Shown here piece after piece: positions 57,832 to 64,000 of a stretch of 64,000 nucleotides of DNA (the first letter of the stretch is position 1; every line of letters begins with the position of its first letter). The DNA comes from Pseudomonadota bacterium. GTDB taxonomy: Bacteria > Pseudomonadota > Gammaproteobacteria > Steroidobacterales > Woeseiaceae. The position numbers and the translations under genes were made by a program. The stretch spans positions 263,926 through 327,925 of the forward strand of contig JBCAXA010000003.1 of NCBI GenBank assembly GCA_038534295.1, written 5' to 3'. The notes beneath the pieces are model-generated. The model did no database searches. It was not told the DNA's origin and saw only the letters and a list, made by a program, of their open reading frames with translations.

Positions 57832-59709
57832 TTAGGCGTTACGGTCAAGCGCAAAACGCAGCAAGCGCCGCGTAATTCGGTCGGCGGTACCGGCATTGTC
57901 GAGGCCGAGACGTTCGATCGCATCGTCATGCGCAGAACCGCCACGTACGAGCGCGCCAAGGAGTTCCGCGAGGTTCTGCAGCGGCTCGGCCGTCTTGTGC
58001 TTAAGCCATTCGAGTGCCGGGATCAGCCGTTGTTCCACCGGCGTAAACACCGTCCCCAGCGGATAGGTCGGAAAATGCGGCTGCACGCCTGGGTCTGAAA
58101 ACACCTCGGCAATCCGTTCCGGTGTGTTGTCGTTGGTCTCCGGTACCGCCGAAAAGTTTGCTGCGAGCTTGCGTGCGTCTTGCGCCGCGGCCGTGAGCGT
58201 CGGCAAAAACGCCCGATCGGCAATACCAAGCATTGCGGCGATGGTCTGCGCGTCGCTGCGGTTTCGCGTTGCGGCCAAGCCATACTCGGTAGCAAACACA
58301 TCACGATGGTGTCGCGGCACTGTCGTATGGCCATAGTTCCACTTGATGTTCGTTTGCGGGCGACCGCCGTGCATGCGGCGTGCGCGCAGCATCAAGATCG
58401 AGTGCGCATCATCGAGTTCGTGGCCCATCTGCACGAAATCGAACTGGCCGCCAACGCCGCTGACCACTCGCCCGTCATCGAGTCCATCCGAGACGGCGGC
58501 GCCGAGCAACGTTGCCATCATGGTTTCATTAACAAAACGGGCGTTGCGGCGCTGCGCTCGTTTGCGCTGCTCGTCCCCGTACAAGGTGTTGACGGCCGAG
58601 ATGCGCGTCATATTGATCAGCGCGCGCCGGTCAGTCGGTAGCTTGCGTAGCTTTTCATAAAAAGCTGGCGAGCCGACAAAAAACCCGCCGTGAATCACGC
58701 AAGGATCGTGGTCATCGGCTGGGCGACGGACGATGTTCGCCTCGAACAACGCGAATAGTGCATCACTGACGAGTTCCGTCGACGCGAACAGGCCATGCTC
58801 AAATGACCCCGTTTCGATCGGTAGTTGCTGGCGCCGCGCCGTCCGCGTGCCGCCGGGCAACTCGTTCAGCACAGCGTCGAAAATTGCCGGTTCACGTTGC
58901 CTGAGGATGAGGCAATGCGCCAACGCATCGCTCAATGAGCCGATGCCGACCTGCAGCGTGCCACCGTCGCGTACCAGGCTGGCGACGTGCATTGCCGTTG
59001 CGTAGTCGGCTGGGCCGACCGGTCGATTCGGTAGCCCAAACGGCTCAAAGTCCAGCGCTGAATCGTCAAGCACGAAATCAAAGCTGGACCGTTCCAGTTC
59101 GGCATCGCCGCCCATGTACGGCATGCGTCGATTCACTTGCCCAACCAGCGCGACGTCTCGGCCGCTAACGCGCGCGGCTCGTAGGCGAGGCCACAGGTCT
59201 AGCGTGATCTCCGGGTTCGAGCTCAAGCTGTAGTGTTCCGGCCGCGCCGGGTCGGCCGCCACCAACTGTGCAATAACGTTGACGCCGAGTTCGAGCAGTG
59301 CGCCGACGACCTGGCTGTAGTTGATGCTGGTGTAGCTTTGCTGCACGAATGGTGAGCCGAGCCAGGCACCCGGACGCAAATAGAATTCATGCACGCGAAC
59401 GTTGGCGGGTAGCTGACCGGACCGGAGCGCGCGCGCGTATTTCGGCGTCGGCCAATCCGCGTAAAGCCGTTCGGCCAACGGCGCGAGGAATCGCCCCTCG
59501 ATTCCATCGCCGACGGCCGGTTGCTCGAGCGTCAGGCCGGTGAACAGCGTGAGTTCAATGCTCGAGTCGGCCGCTGCTCTGTCATAAAGTGCATCGGCGA
59601 CGTGCAGCGCTTTGCCAATACCGAGCGGCAGCCCGACGACCAGTCGCTTACCAACACCGGCGATCAGAGCATCAACGAGCTCGTCGGATTTTGAAAACGA
59701 CGTGGTCAC
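57832..59709 (-). CDS. Acetyl-CoA hydrolase/transferase family protein (CoA-transferase family I-like).
   Basis: N-terminus LVVGLPLGIGKA and C-terminal VSGVGGQFDFV, characteristic of the Ach1/Cat1 family; about 625 aa. Confidence 0.55.
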   Translation of the reverse strand: MTTSFSKSDELVDALIAGVGKRLVVGLPLGIGKALHVADALYDRAAADSSIELTLFTGLTLEQPAVGDGIEGRFLAPLAERLYADWPTPKYARALRSGQLPANVRVHEFYLRPGAWLGSPFVQQSYTSINYSQVVGALLELGVNVIAQLVAADPARPEHYSLSSNPEITLDLWPRLRAARVSGRDVALVGQVNRRMPYMGGDAELERSSFDFVLDDSALDFEPFGLPNRPVGPADYATAMHVASLVRDGGTLQVGIGSLSDALAHCLILRQREPAIFDAVLNELPGGTRTARRQQLPIETGSFEHGLFASTELVSDALFALFEANIVRRPADDHDPCVIHGGFFVGSPAFYEKLRKLPTDRRALINMTRISAVNTLYGDEQRKRAQRRNARFVNETMMATLLGAAVSDGLDDGRVVSGVGGQFDFVQMGHELDDAHSILMLRARRMHGGRPQTNIKWNYGHTTVPRHHRDVFATEYGLAATRNRSDAQTIAAMLGIADRAFLPTLTAAAQDARKLAANFSAVPETNDNTPERIAEVFSDPGVQPHFPTYPLGTVFTPVEQRLIPALEWLKHKTAEPLQNLAELLGALVRGGSAHDDAIERLGLDNAGTADRITRRLLRFALDRNA

Positions 59710-59748
59710 CGCGCCATTTTACGGTGCCGCCGTGGCAAAAGCGTCGTT

Positions 59749-60513
59749 TCAAGCGGCGCCGAAAATCGCGGCCGCGTCGGCAGTCAGCTGCGCCATCGCG
59801 CGGCGATGCGGGCCTGGACCGTAGCTGATGCGAGCGACACCAGCGGCGGCAAGTTCGGCAATACCCGGCATGCCGTCTCGCATCATGACATTTACGGGTA
59901 GGGCGACGCGGTCACACAGGTTGGCGATCAAGTCGAGGTCGGCAAGCCACGGCACAAAGAAACTGCCGGCCCCGGCTTCTCGATACGCGACAGCTCGTTC
60001 GACGGCCGCCGAAATCAAATCGGCGTGCCTTCGCTCGTCCGATTCTTTGAGAAAAAGGTCGGTGCGAGCGTTGATGTGCATGCCCAGGCCGTTGCCGGAA
60101 ACGGCCTCGGCAATCGCATTGATCCGAGCGCGCTGCTCGTCGATGGAATAAATGCCGTCGCCGCCGACAATTTGGTCCTCGAAGTTACAGCCAACCGCGC
60201 CCGCAGACGCGAGTCTGACAGCCGTCGCCGCAACGACCTCAGGCGACCGGCCGTAACCGCCTTCGAGGTCGACCGACACCGGCTGGCTTACGTGAACAGC
60301 AATCTGCCGTACAGTACGTTCGAGATCGTCGAGCGGCAGCCGCTCACCGTCGGCAAAGCCTTGCGCCGCAGCGACGGACGCGCTACCCGTTGCGATAGCT
60401 TTGGCGCCGGCAGCCGCGACGGCCTGCGCCGAGCCGGCGTCCCAGACGTTGTAGAGCACCAGCGGCTCGCCGGCGACGTGCAAATCGGCAAAAGCCGTGG
60501 CGGTTGTGGTCAT
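59749..60513 (-). CDS. Isocitrate lyase/PEP mutase superfamily enzyme (2-methylisocitrate lyase / carboxyvinyl-carboxyphosphonate phosphorylmutase-like).
   Basis: N-terminus PLVLYNVWDAGSAQAVAAAGAKAIATGSASVAAAQGFADGE matches the ICL/PEPM family phosphate/Mg-binding start; about 254 aa. Confidence 0.65.
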   Translation of the reverse strand: MTTTATAFADLHVAGEPLVLYNVWDAGSAQAVAAAGAKAIATGSASVAAAQGFADGERLPLDDLERTVRQIAVHVSQPVSVDLEGGYGRSPEVVAATAVRLASAGAVGCNFEDQIVGGDGIYSIDEQRARINAIAEAVSGNGLGMHINARTDLFLKESDERRHADLISAAVERAVAYREAGAGSFFVPWLADLDLIANLCDRVALPVNVMMRDGMPGIAELAAAGVARISYGPGPHRRAMAQLTADAAAIFGAA

Positions 60514-60981
60514 AGGTCAAGGCTCCAGCAATACCAAGTGTTGACGGCGCTACGCCGTGAGTAGGCGACGAATAGTACCGCTGTGGCTGGTGGAGCAGGA
60601 CCGCAAACCGGGCAGCGAACTGCCGCTGCGACCGGCAAATTCATATAACATGAATGAAAAAATCGCCTGACAAACTTTGCCCCGCCGGTCGCGCGAACCG
60701 AGCGCGTATGCAACGAATCTTCGACCCCGCCGCGCGCTGGCAGCGATCGTAACGAGCCCGGATGGCTCTAGCGAAACCCAACCGGTGAAGCTTGGTTGGG
60801 TAACACGCCAGACCGTCCTGAATGCAGTTGACGGCGTCAGTCCAGGCAAACCTGACCGTGGCCGGCTGTTTTTCCGTCAACCGCAGCAGTGAAGTGCCGC
60901 ATCGTGCGCAAGGCATTGCAGTCGAGCTGCACGTGTTGTTGCAAGACGGGAAACAGAAGAACGTAGAACGACGGTGGTGTC

Positions 60982-63021
60982 ATGTCGATTTCGTATCGCC
61001 CGGAAGTGGATGGCCTCCGGGCGCTGGCAGTTATACCGGTCATTCTTTTTCATGCCGGTTTTGTGCAGTTCAGCGGCGGCTTTGTCGGCGTTGATGTCTT
61101 TTTCGTCATCAGTGGCTATCTGATCACGAGTATCATCGCCGGCGAACTTGCTGAGGATCGGTTTAGCCTCATCCACTTCTACGAGCGCCGGGCACGGCGC
61201 ATTCTGCCGGCGCTGGTTCTGGTCATCATCGCCACGCTGCCGTTCGCCTGGTTCTGGCTGATGCCCGCCGACATGCGGGACTTTATGCAGAGCATCGTCG
61301 CTGCGGCGACGTTCTCGTCGAACATCCTGTTCTGGTTCGAAAGCGGCTATTTCGATACCGCAGCAGAGCTCAAACCGCTGCTGCACACGTGGAGCCTTGC
61401 GGTCGAGGAGCAGTACTACATCCTTTTTCCACTGCTGCTGATGCTTGCCTGGCCGCTTGGCAAGCGCCGCGTCGTGATACTGCTTACGGTTCTGTTCGTG
61501 GGTAGTTTCGGGTTGGCGAGCTGGGCATCGGTCGAGCACCCGGACTTTGCGTTCTATTGGCTGCCGACGCGCGCATGGCAGCTGCTAATTGGCGTGATGG
61601 CGGCACTCTATTTAGGGCGGCGGGCGTTCGCCGCTGCACCGCGGTGGCTCGCCGAGCTGGCCGCCGCCGGCGGGCTCGCGCTGATTCTCTGCGCTGTGTT
61701 TGTGTTCGACGAGCACACGCGCTGGCCCGGTGCTTTGGCGCTCGTGCCGACGGTCGGCACCGTGTTGGTGATTTTGTATGCGCGACCGGGGACCGTCGGT
61801 CATCGCCTTCTTGCCAGCAAAATTCCGGTGGGAATCGGGCTGGTCAGCTACAGCGCCTATCTTTGGCATGTGCCGATTTTCGCGCTGTTTCGCCATCGCA
61901 GCCTGGCTGAGCCAGATCTTACAGCGATGGCCGCGCTATGCGTCTTGAGTCTCGCGCTGGCGTACCTAAGCTGGCGTTTCGTTGAGGTACCGTTCCGCAA
62001 CAAACGGCTGATTTCTCGACCGGTCATTTTTACCTTTGCCGGGGTTGCGTGCTCGGCGTTGATGGCTGTCGGCATCACTGGCCACGTTACGGCCGGCTGG
62101 AGTTCGCGCCTCGCTCCCGAAATCGCTGAGCTTGGCAGTATTCGGCGCGCGCATTTCAAACAGCGCGACGACGGCGGTTGCAACCAGTACAGAAAAGACA
62201 CCGACCTCGGCGGGTGCGTATGGGGCGCCGACGTCACGCCGAAATTCGCCCTCATCGGTGACAGTCATGCCTCGACTGTAGTCGCAGCGCTCGCCGATCT
62301 GTTCGCCCAGCAAGGCATCAGCTTCGTTCAATACACGAAGAACGGGTGCCCGCTCGCCCAAGATTTTGTCGCCAGTGACAATCGTCGCTGTCAGCGTTTT
62401 CGGCAAAATGTGCTCTCTGACTTGGATGCTCGCGGTATCACTCATGCGATTGTCTTGTCGCAGTGGTCGCACTACCTCTACGGTGACGAGCGCTACGAGA
62501 ATGGCGTTGGCGGTATCGAGGCTCGCCCGCGCGTGCGCTATTCGGTGCTTGGCCTTGGGTTCGACGCCGACGCCGAGCAGCGCCGGTTGGCGATACTGCG
62601 CGCCTACGAGGCAGCCATCGTGGATTTGGAGGTACGCGGTATTCGCACGATTATCGTAGGCCCAATTCCCGAGCACGCGTGGGATGTTCCAACCCAGTTG
62701 GCCAAACAGCGCTGGCTGGATTCAACACGACCTGAGCTGGCCGCGCTGCCCAACGAGGTTTACGAACAGCGACACGCCACGATCAGCGAGATGCTAGCAG
62801 CGATGGCCGAGCGAGCATCGGTCAACGTGATCGATCCCTATCCCGTTTTCTGTAGAGAGGCCCCGGCTGGCTGCGCCTCGGTGCGTCAAGGCTCGGTCCT
62901 TTACTACGACGACGACCATCTATCGAACGACGGCGCTTCCCTGTTGGTAGCGGCCATGCGCGATGACATCCGACGCGCCCGGCTGTCGTCGGCCGCAACG
63001 CCCGACGCGACCGCGCTTTGA
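60982..63021 (+). CDS. Acyltransferase-3 (OafA/YrhL-like) membrane O-acyltransferase with C-terminal SGNH/GDSL hydrolase domain.
   Basis: N-terminus YRPEVDGLRALAVIPVILFHAGF (AT3 signature) and about 10 TM helices; C-terminal LIGDSHA (GDSx) motif. Confidence 0.8.
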   Translation: MSISYRPEVDGLRALAVIPVILFHAGFVQFSGGFVGVDVFFVISGYLITSIIAGELAEDRFSLIHFYERRARRILPALVLVIIATLPFAWFWLMPADMRDFMQSIVAAATFSSNILFWFESGYFDTAAELKPLLHTWSLAVEEQYYILFPLLLMLAWPLGKRRVVILLTVLFVGSFGLASWASVEHPDFAFYWLPTRAWQLLIGVMAALYLGRRAFAAAPRWLAELAAAGGLALILCAVFVFDEHTRWPGALALVPTVGTVLVILYARPGTVGHRLLASKIPVGIGLVSYSAYLWHVPIFALFRHRSLAEPDLTAMAALCVLSLALAYLSWRFVEVPFRNKRLISRPVIFTFAGVACSALMAVGITGHVTAGWSSRLAPEIAELGSIRRAHFKQRDDGGCNQYRKDTDLGGCVWGADVTPKFALIGDSHASTVVAALADLFAQQGISFVQYTKNGCPLAQDFVASDNRRCQRFRQNVLSDLDARGITHAIVLSQWSHYLYGDERYENGVGGIEARPRVRYSVLGLGFDADAEQRRLAILRAYEAAIVDLEVRGIRTIIVGPIPEHAWDVPTQLAKQRWLDSTRPELAALPNEVYEQRHATISEMLAAMAERASVNVIDPYPVFCREAPAGCASVRQGSVLYYDDDHLSNDGASLLVAAMRDDIRRARLSSAATPDATAL

Positions 63022-63070
63022 GACTCGTTACTCGACGTCGAGCAGCCTTGCGTCGAGCGGGGGCTAAAGA

Positions 63071-64000
63071 CTATGCCGCTACGTCTCCGGACTGGGCGGC
63101 GGTGAAATGCCGCCGTTCGTGATCGATCAGCCATTGCTTGCGCCACGTCCCACCGCCGTAACCGGTCAACGAGCCGTCGGCACCGATCACGCGATGACAC
63201 GGTATGACGATCGCCAAGGTGTTGGCGCCATTTGCGCGGGCGACAGCGCGCGTAGCGTTCGGCTGCTCGATCGCTTCGGCGATCTGCCTGTAGCTGCGCG
63301 TCTCGCCCGCGGGAATGGTCATTAGGACGTCCCAAACAGCGCGCGAGAATGGCGTACCGCCGCGTGTAAGTGGCGTTGCAAAACGGCATCCTTCGCCGTC
63401 GAAGTAGGTGGCTAACTCAGCGGCGATTGACTCAGTGGCTGCGAAGCGACCGACGCCAATTGCACCCTTAACATCGCGTTTCAGACGCGCCAGCTCGGTC
63501 GGTAACTGAGGTCGGTCAAAGAACTCCAGCAGTGCGAGGCCTTGCGCGTTGGCAACCGCCAACATCGGGCCCAGCGGGGTGTCGATAAAGTCGGCACGCA
63601 GGTGCGCGTCGCTCACTAATTGACCGGGCGCCACGCCGAGTTTCTTAGCAAACGCCTCGCGAAACCCACTGGCAGACTCAAACCCGGCCGTCACCTGTGC
63701 GTCGATGACACGCCCTCCGTTGGCGAGGCTCGCACCGGCACGCGTTAGGCGAAGGCTGCGGGCAAACTCGAGAAACGTTGTGCCGAACTGACGGCGAAAC
63801 GCTCGGCGGACCGTCGATGGGTCGAAGCCGAGGTCGACCAAGTCCTTTTCACACCAACGCCTGTCGGGCTCGGCCAGCAAGCGTTCGACGAGTGTGCTGA
63901 CCGACGGTTCGACGGCACCGGCGGCAGACAGCGGCTTACACCGGCGGCATGGCCGAAAGCCGGCCTCGATGCAGGCGGCCGGCGAATCGAAAAACCGGGT
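63071..64000 (-). CDS. Ada-like bifunctional regulator/methyltransferase (AraC HTH + O6-methylguanine-DNA methyltransferase). Its 5' end runs off the window.
   Basis: MGMT active site IPCHRVIG at the C-terminus and an AraC-type HTH upstream. The frame stays open to position 64000 and the upstream residues contain a Cys cluster (CIEAGFRPCRRCKP) like the Ada N-terminal Zn domain. Confidence 0.7.
   Translation of the reverse strand, partial: TRFFDSPAACIEAGFRPCRRCKPLSAAGAVEPSVSTLVERLLAEPDRRWCEKDLVDLGFDPSTVRRAFRRQFGTTFLEFARSLRLTRAGASLANGGRVIDAQVTAGFESASGFREAFAKKLGVAPGQLVSDAHLRADFIDTPLGPMLAVANAQGLALLEFFDRPQLPTELARLKRDVKGAIGVGRFAATESIAAELATYFDGEGCRFATPLTRGGTPFSRAVWDVLMTIPAGETRSYRQIAEAIEQPNATRAVARANGANTLAIVIPCHRVIGADGSLTGYGGGTWRKQWLIDHERRHFTAAQSGDVAA

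Overview
This is a GC-rich bacterial chromosomal segment of about 64 kb, with codon usage and gene content typical of Proteobacteria. It carries roughly 55 protein-coding genes, six tRNA genes and several repeat or regulatory elements. The most notable features are listed below.

- **tRNA-bounded operon (434-6022):** A tightly coupled five-gene operon lies between a tRNA-Ser and a five-tRNA cluster. It encodes an HGG-type alpha/beta-hydrolase, a caspase-fold (C14/CHAT-like) peptidase, two unknown proteins, one of them a lipoprotein, and a small coiled-coil protein. I propose it as a candidate conflict or defense module.
- **Repeats and atypical tRNAs (6475-7389):** The tRNA cluster is followed by four tandem 97-bp units. 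Each unit ends in a copy of the tRNA-Lys 3' end and has tRNA-minihelix-like symmetry. Several of the tRNAs have non-canonical features.
- **Membrane-remodeling operon (16046-26916):** A seven-gene operon starts at a sharply AT-rich promoter that carries two TCACATGTGA palindromes. Besides a short leading ORF, it encodes a PspA/IM30 protein, a YqiJ/NfeD-like membrane protein, a flotillin (YqiK-like) and a 1748-aa protein with a C-terminal MoxR/dynein-class AAA+ ATPase. Two secreted or membrane proteins follow. This looks like an uncharacterized membrane-remodeling, stress or defense module.
- **Other identifiable content:**
  - a second SPFH paralog;
  - a large M48 metallopeptidase bracketed by two 48-nt tRNA-3'-end-like direct repeats;
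  - an ECF41-type sigma factor with an AhpD-like protein and a periplasmic RidA;
  - a CadC-like regulator divergent from an alpha-2-macroglobulin-PbpC operon;
  - an Ior-type molybdenum hydroxylase pair;
  - truncated hemoglobin N;
  - a serine/threonine kinase with its ECF sigma factor;
  - HtrA, MarR and TetR regulators;
  - an Ada-like methyltransferase cut by the window edge.

No CRISPR array, integrase or transposase was recognised.

Gene starts in the ORF track use the longest ORF, including GTG and TTG starts. Several starts were re-placed on RBS evidence.
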